The notes below the pieces were generated by a model, which did not search any database, was not told the DNA's origin, and saw nothing but the letters and a program-made list of their open reading frames with translations. Of a stretch of DNA of 64,000 nucleotides, positions 51,470 through 64,000 are shown piece by piece. The stretch spans positions 20,646,001-20,710,000 of the forward strand of contig OZ024758.1 in the NCBI GenBank assembly GCA_964016885.1, in the 5' to 3' direction. This DNA is from Eledone cirrhosa. Its lineage: Eukaryota. The number at the start of each line of letters is the position of its first letter. Position 1 is the first letter of the stretch. Made by a program: the position numbers and the translations under genes.

Positions 51470-53371
51470 GTCATATATTAGTATTCATCAGAATTACAAT
51501 TGCTCATACGCATACATCTAAATGTGTAAGCCGGAAAATTAATGGAGACGAAATTACGGTATATATTTGTTCATTCGTGGACAGAAATAAACAGAACTGA
51601 CGTATGATATGTTCAGATAAGTCATACATACATTTGTATATCAGAAATCTGTTATTCTGCATATATTAACTTTGTTAATATTGAAATGTTGGGAATTAAT
51701 GGTGCAATCGATACACTAGAACTTAAATTAAATCATGTTGTAAAATGGAAAGACTGCCTTCATGCGATATATGACTGTTAAAATAATGCTATATACATTA
51801 CACATGTAATGACTAAAAATGTATAGGTGACAAGCACGATATTTATTAACTATGCTTTATTTAATATTCATAAATGCTGAATGTCTTAGATCTTACCAGG
51901 ATAGGAAGTATGTCATTGTTTATTCATTAACTATGTTATTCAAATGGTATATTGTTTTATAATAGTGAAGCTGTTATGTAAAGCTGTACTACTGAGCGTT
52001 AAGTATATAGTCATACAAAATAGGTGACTGTTAAATAGATTTGTATTCTCTGTATATACTTTATCTATATGTTAAAAACACATTTAGATTCTCGACTACT
52101 TTAGTGTGGCGAAGATTGGCTCCCACCTGTGCCTCATACGTGAAAATCAGCAAGTGAGGAGATAAAGGTATATAAGTATTGCCAAAGCAGTATGTGTATT
52201 ATTTTGAACGCAAATGTAATTGCTCTCGAAATTATGATATATATTTTCAAACATCAGATGCAACGTTAGTTAGAAGGCAATTAAAGCTATGTTTGCAGGC
52301 AACTCTACCATATTAAAGAAAGATGATTACAACTGTTAATGACAATGCGAGAACGTTATTGAAAAATACATAGATGTCAACGTTTGATTTATAGGATGAT
52401 ACAAGTTTAATTGAAAATAAAATAAGTAATTGCTATTAAAACACGATTAACATATGTTTTAGTATGCCTTATGCAGTGATGTTTTAAAAATTCTGTTAAT
52501 GTTTATCATGTTAAATCTGGTGTGAATATTATGCGAATATTACACGTGATGCGAAAATGCTTGACATAATATTTAACTGACAAAGTGTATCTCGTTCTGA
52601 TTGAGAAACAGAAAATAGTGTCGGGAGAATAATTCTAATAATGTCTTTTTAATAATTAATCATTAACTGATGATTTCCAATTGAAATTATTATCTTTTAT
52701 CCGATTACAATATTTAATCAATAACTCATCGACCGCTTCATTGAACGTGAAGAGTTGTCTTGTGTTTCTAATGATAAACGAATTATTGAAATGGAACTAA
52801 ACTCATATAAACTGACTATCACGTGAATCTAGATTTTGGGCGTATTTCATATTATGTTTTTAGAATTAAATATGTATATATAAACCACAATCTCGTTTTA
52901 TATATGAATTAAAAGAAAGAAACGTATATACCCTTTATTTAAACTTGATTTAATATTTACAATGATTTTAGAATTAATTACATAGATTCATATTTTCATT
53001 TCATTAAAGTTATCTACAAGTTGGAAATATTAAAAACAGTAACATAGTATACCTAATTACATAGCGTTTAATATGCTTATAAAAGTAATCAGATTTATGC
53101 AATAGTTGCAATTCGAACTGAAAGGCAATCAGAAAATTCACGGTAGGAAGAGTGCAGATCAATAGACATATATCTAGATAAGCATTAGTCGATCTTGCAA
53201 TATATTTCTAGTTCTTGTATCCATGAGGACTAATCACCACACGATTAAACAGTAGAGTACATTCTAGAACTTTAGAATACAGCTCCACTTTCCAGATCAT
53301 CGAATAATATATTGATTTGGGGGAAGTTGGAAGTGATTTAAATTGACCTCATGTCAATAGTAGTATTTACT

Positions 53372-53482
53372 TTATGGACCTTGTAGGGATGAAGGGCAAA
53401 GCTAATCTCGACAGGATGTGAACGCAGATCGTAAAAGGCGATACGTTCCACTCCTGGCGAGGTTAGCTTTGCCTTTCATGCG
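53372..53482. mobile_element. Diverged SINE fragments in opposite orientations
   Basis: ggatgaagggcaaagctaatctcg (reverse) and cgaggttagctttgcctttcat (forward). Confidence 0.55.
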
Positions 53483-53525
53483 TAGAAGATTAGCTAATGA
53501 AATAATGATATTATTTATTAGATGA

Positions 53526-53687
53526 GCAGTGGATTGGCAGTATCGGTAGAGGGTCGGACGCCATGCTTTGACACATAGAGTTACGTCCCGCCGAGGTTAA
53601 CTTTGCCTTTCATCGCCACGGGGTCGATGAAGTAAAGTACCAGTAATGCACTGGGTATTTTCTGGCCTTGTGCCAAAAGTAGAAACA
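53526..53687 (+). mobile_element. tRNA-derived SINE with a 16-bp TSD (B-box segment deleted)
   Basis: gcagtggattggcagtatcggtag...gtagaaac. TSD attatttattagatga at 53510-53525 and 53688-53703. Confidence 0.9.
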
Positions 53688-54459
53688 ATTATTTATTAGA
53701 TGAATACTACTATGTGATTTGGACTGTTTTCCATTAAACACCTGTAGTTTGGAATTGGTTCTCAGACATTTACAAGATGCCATATATGTATGTAAGTATT
53801 GCTTAGGGGTGGATGTTCAAGTATATAATTATTAACCACGTTTAAGCTGTTTTTGTGTACATTGCTGTCGACTGTAATCAAGTAAATAGGAAGATAGGAT
53901 GAGTAGCTGCTTCAAAAAATACATATCATGATGCATGTCGAATTTGAGATCTATAGGAAAATGTAAGCCTTCATGCAATCACTAGAATGTCGCAGAGGAA
54001 CTCAAAGTCCCACTTCGAAATATATTCAAAATGGATTGCCAATTTATATAAACATAATATAGGTCTAATTCCAATATGTGGAATGTGAAGGTCATGACAG
54101 ACTATCACACCACTTTGATCACTATATAAGCTGCACACATATTCCAGAATATTGAACAACGATCAGACACTAACGAATCTGTAATCACCCTTGTTTTATT
54201 CTCTGCCTCTTAGTATGAATCCAAAAGTCATTTTAAAGCGTATATTACATAACAGTATGCCTGGACTAATACATCCATTTATATTGGGAACACAAATTGG
54301 CAGTGTTTGAAGATTTCCATCCCTCGCTCTATATGTAATTCTTTTTATCTACATGTGATTCTTTTCACATTTTCTACAATAACCTGTTTACTCACTATAG
54401 AGTGTTTTTTTTCTTAATGGCTGATTAGTCGAGTGATTACGGTAGGGCTACAAGCAATG

Positions 54460-54518
<59 letters not shown>

Positions 54519-54570
54519 TATTCATTTATTTTATATATACATGTATGCATATGTATATATATGTGTATGT

Positions 54571-54641
<71 letters not shown>

Positions 54642-54646
<5 letters not shown>

Positions 54647-54835
54647 AACGAGTAGGACCCCGATGGCTGAGCTCAAGCCGGTTTTTTGGGGTTTTTTTTA
54701 GTCCACAATTAGCCGTCGAAAGGCTTGAGCTCAGCCGTCGGGGTCCTACTCGTTCCTATTACCCACTCTAATAACCTAAGTATTGAGTACTTTGGTGCGT
54801 TATGGTCCACCTGGTTCCTTACCACATTTCCTTCG

Positions 54836-54838
<3 letters not shown>
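54642..54838 (+). mobile_element. Family A fold-back copy
   Basis: ataggaacgagtaggaccccgatggctgagctcaagcc pairs with ggcttgagctcagccgtcggggtcctactcgttcctat, followed by the tail to ccttcgtta. Confidence 0.85.
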
Positions 54839-54876
<38 letters not shown>

Positions 54877-54877
<1 letters not shown>

Positions 54878-55240
54878 TGTTATACTTTGTGAGGGTCATA
54901 TTGCCAATAAGAAACACACGCACTAGAAACTTTCACTTCAATTTATTATAAATTTCCGGCTGGTTGGTTGGTTCCACAACCGGATGGTTGTTCATATATT
55001 GTCAAACTTCTTTCGTCACACATTTTGTGACATATTCAGTTACTGGGGATTCTTTTCTTTGTTTTGTGCCTATCCTTTGTTCTGTCCTAGACTATCTTTT
55101 TTGCTGTGTTTGTTGTGTGCTTAGTCTGCGCATACGTTACATCCGGGTGTATGTATGTGTTTTGGCAATATGACCCTCCCAAAGTATAAAACACACGTTT
55201 CAAGATAAAGGATCTTGCTAAAAAATTCAGAAACGAAATA
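54877..55240 (-). mobile_element. Repeat family D, copy 1 (inverted ends plus tail, degenerate HHR)
   Basis: ttatactttgtgagggtcatattgccaa is inverted as ttggcaatatgaccctcccaaagtataa. Homologous to 61687-61995. Minus strand reads ctgaatat-gtcaca-aaatg-tgtgac-GAAA. Confidence 0.65.
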
Positions 55241-56169
55241 TATATATATATATATATTGTTGTAACCTTCTAATCTACATATTGATGTCCTTTCTTTACC
55301 CTTGATACATTTTAAAGATCTTCTGAACCGAAATGTGTTTATAATCTTGAATATATACCTGTGTGTACATGTGGGTTGTAATGATTATATATAAACATTA
55401 TACTTACTCATTCAGAAACTATTCTAGTCATATTAATACATATATTGCAACTGTTGATATGCGATTTGGCATAAAAAGCTCTTTTATGTCTTAGATGCTG
55501 TCAATACGTCTAGAGATGATGTAATTGTGCTCTTCTCCTTCCTTGCATTTGGCATGCAATCCTAATTTGCCAAATTGTGTTTCCATCCATTTCAGTAATT
55601 GATGTACAGCCATTATTTCCTTAGTTCTATTCCATTAACAAAGACCAAATGTTTTAGAGTAATTGGGGTTAATTCTCCTGATTACTAATACTCGTATTCC
55701 TGAAGAGGTTTACCGGCGTTAATGTGAAAACAACCGATCTTGCAGACGAAACTGTTCCTCATTCAGGTCCCTACACAACCTCCATATACACGCATGCAGT
55801 TTCTATACTTTAGTTAATTAATACTTGTGTTGTGAAATGAAAAATATCACCAGAGTTTAATCTAACATCAACATGCTGATATAAAATTAAAGAAAAAATA
55901 GATACGCGAGCCTTTCATGATACATATTACCAAACGTGTTCAACATAGCATGCGAATTATATTCTTTAATTTATTTCTTGTTTAATTTTATTATTATACG
56001 TATTTATTATCTTCCTTCGGTGAGATTAGCTGTTGACTATAAACAATGTATACAACCAAGCTTTCTATAACCAACATTCGTTTTTCAGGCTGTGTACACA
56101 ATTTGTTTAACTACATAACCCTATCTTAATTTTTACACATATATCTCAATAGATATAATGCATTTATAA

Positions 56170-56748
56170 ACATAAACCGGAACGTCATGTACAATAACGA
56201 ATGCCCCCTACCCATCAATTATCTACCATACTCTGAACGCCTTTCTGCCCTGGCATGTATGCATTGAAGCTCCAACGTCTGCCAACTGACTTGGTAAACA
56301 CCCACAGCATAATTAACCATCTTGCCAACAATAATCCTCAGGACATATTTTAATTCAATGTGTCTACAAATTCAGAAAACAGCACAGCTCCTTTGACTTT
56401 CGGAAAGATTGTTTCATGCTCAGAGTTGCTGAAGCACGGAACAAACTAACAGCATCAGTTGTTAGCTGCAGAGACACTGCATCCTTTAAAACCTCCATGC
56501 TTCCTGAAATTCGCCAACACTAGACCTGATGCACCCCCTCCCCCCATTATATTCACACGAACATATGTATATCATGACTCATATATTCTTCCCCTTCCTG
56601 ACATTTATACATTATTCTATACATTCAACTTTGATGAGTTCTAGTGCACCTGAGCACGTATCAACTGCTATATCCTACCAGTAAATAGGGCCACTAATTA
56701 TGCTACATATCACCCCCAAAAAAGACCAATATTTACAGTAAATAAAGG
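56170..56748 (+). pseudogene. Decayed CR1/L2-group LINE 3' fragment
   Basis: Frameshifted translation LPYSERLSAL / LKLQRLPTDLVNTHSII / RKDCFMLRVAEARNKLTASVVSCRDTASFK matches the CR1 ORF2 C-terminal pattern (Y.ERL..L; DL; R..FF..RV...WN.LP..VV; FK). Confidence 0.7.
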
Positions 56749-57448
56749 CTGTTGCAGGATAAAAATCAACAACTTCTAGTGCAATGGCACCCAAATATAT
56801 TCTTTAATGTTGAAATATATTTAAATAATATTTCAAAAATACATTTTTCAAATTTATTTTGCTGGTTGATGGCTATCAGACTCATTTCACTTAGTCATTA
56901 TATTGGGTACATCCAAACAGGTTAATTCATGTAATTTATGCATTTTCAGATCTATAACAGAAAAGAACTAAAAAGGAAATAATTGAATTTGATTTAATTT
57001 GATTTGAAAGGTAAAATTATAGAATGCAATTACATTTAACATATGATATATGTGGTTGTTTTTTGTTTTGTTTCGAATTTTATATGTTTATTAATTTTTA
57101 AATAACTAGGATTGTAGGATCTAAAGATAACAACATGCAACAGGCTCTATTTAATTTACAGAGATATTTGAAATGAATAAATTGTGATAGATTGTTATTA
57201 TTATATTTAAATGTTTATAACTTATATTATCAAAGTATTTCAAATAAAATATAGATTAATATCGTTAAGATAAGTACTGAAGATTTTAAGTGTGAGAGAT
57301 TTAAACAATTTCTAAATGGTACAAATTTACATCTAAACAAAATTGAAAACGGCGTGTGCAACAGAAAATGAGATAAGACAAAACTGATAAGATGTAGCGT
57401 GAGATAATTCTTTGTATCTTCAATATAATTTAACGTCCAATCGCATTA

Positions 57449-57514
<66 letters not shown>

Positions 57515-57559
57515 TTAAAATAACAGATTAAAGTTTAAAGTCTTCAAATTTATTATTAT

Positions 57560-57600
<41 letters not shown>

Positions 57601-57799
57601 TATGTATTACCTTATAGTGATAAGCAATACTACAATGTATTTTAAGAACAAGTTTTCATCTTAAATAGATTTACATGCTTGTCCTTATAATGAGATTGTC
57701 GTTAATATTTTCCCTCCCACTTAGATATAAACAAATAAATTATATATCGATGAGTGAGGGCATACATACATACATACATACATACATACATACATACAT

Positions 57800-58200
57800 G
57801 GTGGGTGCAAAATCGTTTTCGAGTACGGCCACTACTTTATATCCATGTAGAAGAACCCCTTCCGATGCGCTGAACGAGTGTGACATTTTAGTCCAGCCTG
57901 CGAAATGAAAACTCTGGTACAAACACTACACTTGTGACAATTATTGACACATAGTGCTGGGCCCATGGTACGATGTGACGACAAGTGCAGAGAGATATCC
58001 AGATATAAAGCAATGCCTGTGCCGTGAAGCTTTTATAGTGAGCAAAGGCACTGCACAAAACCAGTCCCACTCTCTTAACGAAGATGATATTTACCAAAAA
58101 GAAGAACAAGTCAACATCATTGGATACCATCAGGGTTGCAGGTGTTATATCAGAGTTTTCCTTCTCCTAGAAATCTGCCTTGACAAAGGCTAAAGGGGTC
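57800..58200 (-). mobile_element. Second, 5'-truncated copy of the RTE-like non-autonomous element
   Basis: Aligns with 37875-38275; (ATGT)n tail on the minus strand (57762-57799). Confidence 0.75.
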
Positions 58201-58571
58201 ATACATACATACATATTTAACTCATTTTAAATGTTTTATTAATAAAAATCTAAAAAATCGTGAAAAATCTATATCAAATAATAATAACATTACATATATT
58301 TCTAAACGGAAAATGATGAGAAGGGCATGGGATCTAGGGTCAAGAATGGGAGGATAATTTGAAGAGGGTTCCGTGTAGTAGACATAGAGAAGGGGAGAGA
58401 TTGGTGCTAATTGGTGGTAATTGGTATATAGAGGGGGAATGGAAGAGAGTACCCTGGAGTTCATATAGGGAGTTTGGTAGCGATCAATATAGCGTTTTAT
58501 GGTAGATGTGAAGAGGGGCAGAGTTTCGTGTTGATTGTAGAGAGGTGTGTTAAGAGAAAGATTCCTGTAGT

Positions 58572-58630
<59 letters not shown>

Positions 58631-58688
58631 TGTGTGTGTATATGTGTAAATACATATACATATATATATATATGTGTGTATATATATA

Positions 58689-58822
<134 letters not shown>

Positions 58823-59690
58823 TATACACACACACATATTACAAAATTGGCAACAATTAGAATTAAAACCTCATCTCCACGTTCATCGTGTCTGGCAAAA
58901 TTTATTTACAGAGATTCGACGGCATATATTAACTATACTTTATACGGGGTCTCCTTATACTGACCTTACCATTTCAGTGTTAAGCCAACCAGCTTTAATG
59001 ATGCGACATTAATATTTATTTCGCATAATTTGGTTACCAAATACACAATTCCTTGTTCAACTATTTGAAATCAATATAGTGCCCATAAGCAATATTGTGG
59101 CTCTCTATTATATATAGATTAATGTTTATGCTGATATTCAAAAAGGTTTCCTGCTACGAAATATTATCTGTATTGTATTCATTGATACTATTGATTCCCA
59201 TCGAGAATATACAAAGTCAATTTGTTCATTGTAGCGTCTAGAAAATATCCAGTGGACCCCGATGTGTTAATGGGGTTGTTGTAGTTGTTTATTGTTATTT
59301 ATGTTTTAACATTTCTTTCGGAAAGCAACGTCTATATAGGCTTGATATAAACAAATATATTTATATGTACATATTTACCAATGATATTATTTTTGTTTTC
59401 TCTTCATTAAACATAAATTACCTATATATATATATATGTGAATTGGAACGAGGAAATTATTATATTCATAAATAATATACAGAATGTTAATGTTCATGAA
59501 AAAGGACATTATCACTTTTGAAACAGTGTTACGGTCTAGACAGCCTAAGCTTCACACAATTCTAATTCCATCCCACATCGCTACCTTTATTGTATATATT
59601 TATTCATTTAATCCTTCGTTTACTTACTAATTGTATTTCAACACGAAGCAATACAGTGACAGTTTATACAGGCTAGTTGAGAATACTGTA

Positions 59691-59749
59691 ATTTATAGGT
59701 AATCAAAAGACATAGGTATTCAATTTTTTCAATCCACTGCTGTAAAGGT

Positions 59750-59796
<47 letters not shown>

Positions 59797-59879
59797 TATA
59801 TATATATATATATATGTGGGCGGGGGGGTACCTTTACAGCAGTGGATTGAATACCTATGTCTTTTGATTACCTATAAAT
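59691..59879. repeat. Short fold-back with ~50-bp arms around a CA/TA microsatellite
   Basis: atttataggtaatcaaaagacataggtattcaa...tccactgctgtaaaggta is inverted at 59829-59879. Confidence 0.8.
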
Positions 59880-60043
59880 AAGTGTTCTTGTCCATCAAAA
59901 CTATATATATATATACATATATAGAAAGGATGAATATAAAATGAAAGTGCTTTTGTTAAAAAAGGAATTTATTAGGTATTGACATATGTTTCTGTAACAG
60001 ACCGATTACCTATGTATCGCTGTATAAGATTTTATTATATTTA

Positions 60044-60139
60044 CGAGGTTAACTTTGCCTTTCATCCTTACGGGGTCGATAAAATAAAGTACCAGTAATG
60101 CACTGGATAATTGCTGGCCTTGTGCCAAAAGTAGAAACA
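60044..60139 (+). mobile_element. 5'-truncated SINE nested in the PLE, 10-bp TSD
   Basis: cgaggttaactttgcctttcatcc...gtagaaac. TSD attatattta at 60034-60043 and 60140-60149. Confidence 0.9.
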
Positions 60140-60282
60140 ATTATATTTATGTGATGTTTTCCACATCACATGCCGAGTTGTTGATGTTTTTAAGTGTGGC
60201 TTCATTAGTTTTCCTGTATTTTTTATGCAATTCCCTACGGATGAAGTTATTGTAAGTGTCCACATCCATGGTATATACGTTT

Positions 60283-60998
60283 GACAAAACATCAAACGTA
60301 TATACCATGGATGTGGAAAACATCACATAAATATAATAAAATCTTAAACCCTAACACTATTCGACTTTCATATTCAACCGCCCCTAATATTGAACAACAT
60401 ATAAAAAAGCTTAACGCAAAACGGTTGTATAAACGCCTTCCAACACATAACAATACACGTAAAACATTAGCTATAACATCACAAAACAACAAACAACATC
60501 CTGTCCTACATAAGCAACCTCATCAACCCATCCATGGCAATACAACAACGCAAAATTATAGTTGCAACTGTGTCCAACCGGGAATGTGTCCGTTGAACAA
60601 TCAGTGTCTTGAACGCAACATCGTATACAAATGTACTATCGAATCGGATAGACAGAAGTGGTACTATGTGGGATCTACAGCCACCTCCTTCAAATCACGC
60701 CTTTATAGACATCGTTACTCGATAAAACATGAAAACCAGCGTTATGTAACAACACTCGCAGACAAGGCTTGGCAGCTGCGTGAAAATAACCAACAATTTC
60801 ACCTAAAATGGGATATAATAGCGGCTGCCCCCCCCCCCCTATTTCCATGGACAGGAATTTTGTAAATTATGTAATGTAGAATTATTTTGTATTATGAAAT
60901 CCAAAAACATTTTATTAAATAACAGAATAGAGCGATCGTTATACTGTAACCATCGCTTAAAATCTACATTTTCATATTATAAATACTACCAGGATTGA
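60283..60998 (+). pseudogene. PLE ORF remnant: DKT motif fused to the GIY-YIG endonuclease region
   Basis: DKTSNVYTMDV, then in another frame HKYNKILNPNTIRLSYS...CNCVQPGMCPLNNQC..IVYKC...YYVGST...FKSR. A frameshift in the poly-C run (~60828-60839) is followed by PYFHGQEFCKLCNVELFCIMKSKNILLNNRIERSLYCNHRLK to TGA at 60996-60998. Confidence 0.85.
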
Positions 60999-61686
60999 AC
61001 GCCTGTCTCTATCCTCGTTTGATTGTCAAAATAGATATGAACATTCTTTATTAGTCTTAATTCTATCAACTCTTCTATTATTTACCTTTTAATACAAACT
61101 GCTATAGATAGAATGAGATTTCTGATTTCTTGATTCAATTCCCTAATGCATATACCAGCTGGCTACTAGCATTGATGTTATTTAGTAGCAATCGAAATCT
61201 CCCTCTTCCCCAATTGACACTTTATAATTAATACTACTGCACCAAATGACCAGCCCTGTCCACTGTCCAGTTGGTCAAGTAGAGATTAAAATTGGCACTC
61301 CCAAAATTCTTATTTAGATTTACTCATGGTATTCTCATTAGAAACCCATTATATACTTGTTTAGCAGTAAATTATTTTACCATCTGTCATATACTATCCC
61401 CTCTGTTCCTTCCTCTTTTACTAATATAAATACTTCAATGTTTCTGATTTTATCCAGTTTATCCGAAATCTCTGAAGAAGTGACAACTGATTATACATTT
61501 GCTATCGAATACTTGCTAACATTATATGATTACGCAAGCAGCGATACATAGGTATTCGGTCTGTTACAGAAACATATGTCAATACCTAATAAATTCCTTT
61601 TTTAACAAAAGCACTTTCATTTTATATTCATCCTTTCTACATTTTCTCCGGAATATAATTTATACTCGTTGAGCAAACCTGCACGT

Positions 61687-61995
61687 ACGCTGTTTGAATT
61701 TGTTTACAAAGATTCTTTATCTGAAAACGTGTGTTGAAACCGATATTGTTATACTTCGGGAGGGTCATGTTGCCAATAAGAAACACACGCACCAAACGAT
61801 TTCACTTCAATTTATTATAATACATTTATGAAGTTAGGAATTTATATATTTCCGGTTGGTCAGTTGGTTCCACAACCAGATGTTTGTTTATATATTGTCA
61901 CAGAGCTTTCGTCACACATTCTTTGACCTCTTCGGTGACTGGGGATTATTTTCTTTGTGTTTGTGCCTCTCCTTTTTTCTCTCCTACGCCATCTT
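61687..61995 (-). mobile_element. Repeat family D, copy 2
   Basis: Aligns with 54877-55090. 61687-61735 is the reverse complement of the copy-1 tail. Minus strand reads gtca-ccgaaga-ggtcaaagaatgtgtgac-GAAA-gctc. Confidence 0.65.
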
Positions 61996-62089
61996 ATATA
62001 TATATATATATTATATATATATATATATATAAAATATATATATATGTATATATATATATAATATATATATATGTATATATATATATTAT

Positions 62090-62165
<76 letters not shown>

Positions 62166-62422
62166 TATAATATATATATATAATATATATATAATATATA
62201 TATATAATATATATATATATATATAATATATATATATAATATATATATATAATATATATATATATATATAATATATATATATATATAATATATATATATA
62301 TAATATATATATATATATAATATATATATATATATAATATATATATATATAATATATATATATATAATATATATATATATAATATATATATATATAATAT
62401 ATATAATATATATATATATAAT

Positions 62423-62507
<85 letters not shown>

Positions 62508-62508
62508 T
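61996..62508. repeat. (TA)n tract with periodic AA interruptions
   Basis: Direct inspection. Confidence 0.95.
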
Positions 62509-62664
62509 ACAGGGAGTGTAAAGTGGAGTTACTATAGGTTCACACAGCTGAGCACTCGATGCTTTGGTTCACTTCTGTGTCGAGGTGTAGAGCTAGACAC
62601 AGTGTATCATAATAAAAGATAACAAGTACGAGTGGGTACTCCTTCATTACGTTTATTATTTGGT

Positions 62665-62832
62665 GATCGGTAAAGGGTCGGACGACATGCATTCCAGCTA
62701 GTTACGTCCCTTTACGATCTGAGTTCAGATCCCGCCGAGGTTGACTTTGCCTTTCACCCTTACGGCGTCGATAAAATAAAGTACCAGTAATGCACTGGAA
62801 AATTGCTGGCCTTGTGCCTAAAGTAGAAACAT
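62665..62832 (+). mobile_element. tRNA-derived SINE with a 9-bp TSD
   Basis: B box gagttcagatccc and a full body. TSD ttatttggt at 62656-62664 and 62833-62841. Confidence 0.88.
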
Positions 62833-64000
62833 TTATTTGGTAACGCGCATTTTAAGGCTCGATCTGTTTCGATATATAGGCCGACTTTTTAATCCATGGC
62901 TCAGCAAGTATGAAATGTGTAGAAAGGAAACAAACGTCTACAAATTCCATACTTGATGAACCAGTTTATACCAATCGGCGAAAGCTCGTCACCTCCTCAT
63001 ATGCAATATTCAATGTTTAATAAAACGTTTCTTATACAGCGAAATATTAAATGAAAATTAGTGTGGAATTTTGGGATGTTTGTTGTAAATGATTTATAAC
63101 ATGTTGTGTATTGAAAATACAATCTTGCTAAACCAAAAAAACGACATTGATTGATGAGGAATTGAATAATGCTGTTAGTGTATCAATATGTTGTTATTTA
63201 TTTACATATATATTTATTTTTATTTATTTTTAACGTCTAACCGTGGTGCATTTCAATCCCAAAGTATAATGATTAGTTGAAGCTTAAGGCTCCAATGAAA
63301 GTGAGTAGCATCAGTGGAAACCTGATGCTGGATAAATTCTGAAATCAAGCATTTAGTTTCACCCTTTTATACGACAATACATCAAATCTAACGGAATAAA
63401 TGATTTATTGAAATTGTTTTACCTTTGTCCATACTAAGAACAAAGGTTTGTTATCAGATTAAACCGGCATCTCCCTAGATTTATAACTGTCAAATGTATA
63501 TATTCTGATTAACAAGAAAATCATTCGAATATTGATTTAATATACAATTAACAATTGTAACTACATTCATAAATGTAAATAATTTATTACTCATTTATCA
63601 TATTTTTTTCAATTATTAGCAAGATGCCGAAGTTATGTGCAAATCAGTGAAATATGTAATCTTCGACTACGTAGAAATACCTTTCGATGTTGTATCTAAA
63701 CTAACAATTATTTAATACTAGACTATGGACCAACAAATCCAGGAATACTTTTACCCTGGAAAGAATAACTGAAGATTCTAGAGTACGGTTAAATCCATTG
63801 TTTTCGTGTTAATGTGTAGTACGTAACAGATATATATACGAAGGTGAATGAAAATCTCATAGGCTGACCATAAATATGGGTGTATACGAGGGAAAATTGC
63901 CCATTCTAGTGTAATAGAGCTGCTATCATGCTGATGATATATATATAACAAAACGTGTGTGGTAAGATACCAAGTGGATCATAACAAACCAGAGTACTTA

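Larger units (their letters stand above)
59922..61686 (+). mobile_element. RT-deleted Penelope-like element with a rearranged inverted 5' arm
   Basis: GIY-YIG region is homologous to 47524-49677. 59922-60022 is the reverse complement of 61539-61639. HHR-like motif at 61472-61580. Confidence 0.82.

Noticed and set aside
55694-55770. CTGAAGA...GAAAC motif
   Set aside because: No stem I pairing; likely chance or too decayed to call.
58225-58575. Purine-rich island between microsatellites, possibly a LINE 3' UTR on the minus strand
   Set aside because: Single copy in the window with no diagnostic motif, so it cannot be classified.

Overview
This is a very AT-rich, (TA)n-saturated eukaryotic window. 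Its repeat content (tRNA-derived SINEs, CR1- and RTE-like fragments, Penelope-like elements) suggests an invertebrate such as an octopod; that is inference. No host protein-coding gene is supportable, and almost all listed ORFs are YI/IY microsatellite artefacts. The only real coding signal is retroelement-derived: a near-intact 5'-truncated Penelope-like element (PLE, Naiad-like RT + GIY-YIG, 47524-49677 -), an RT-deleted PLE (about 59922-61686) and two CR1-like LINE 3' fragments. The main feature is a 6.5-kb array (29455-35933) of about 21 apparently identical 310-bp non-coding units, each carrying a complete type I hammerhead ribozyme (HHR). It is arranged as 14 units on the minus strand and about 6.9 on the plus strand, diverging from a 13-nt spacer and inserted in (TA)n. 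This is the pattern expected from rolling-circle reverse transcription of a circular retrozyme RNA by a PLE RT. Several other distinct HHR-bearing PLE termini and fold-backs are present, some with very long stem II, plus a 5S rRNA-polyA-SINE chimera under one 16-bp TSD. All pairings and coordinates were read by eye.
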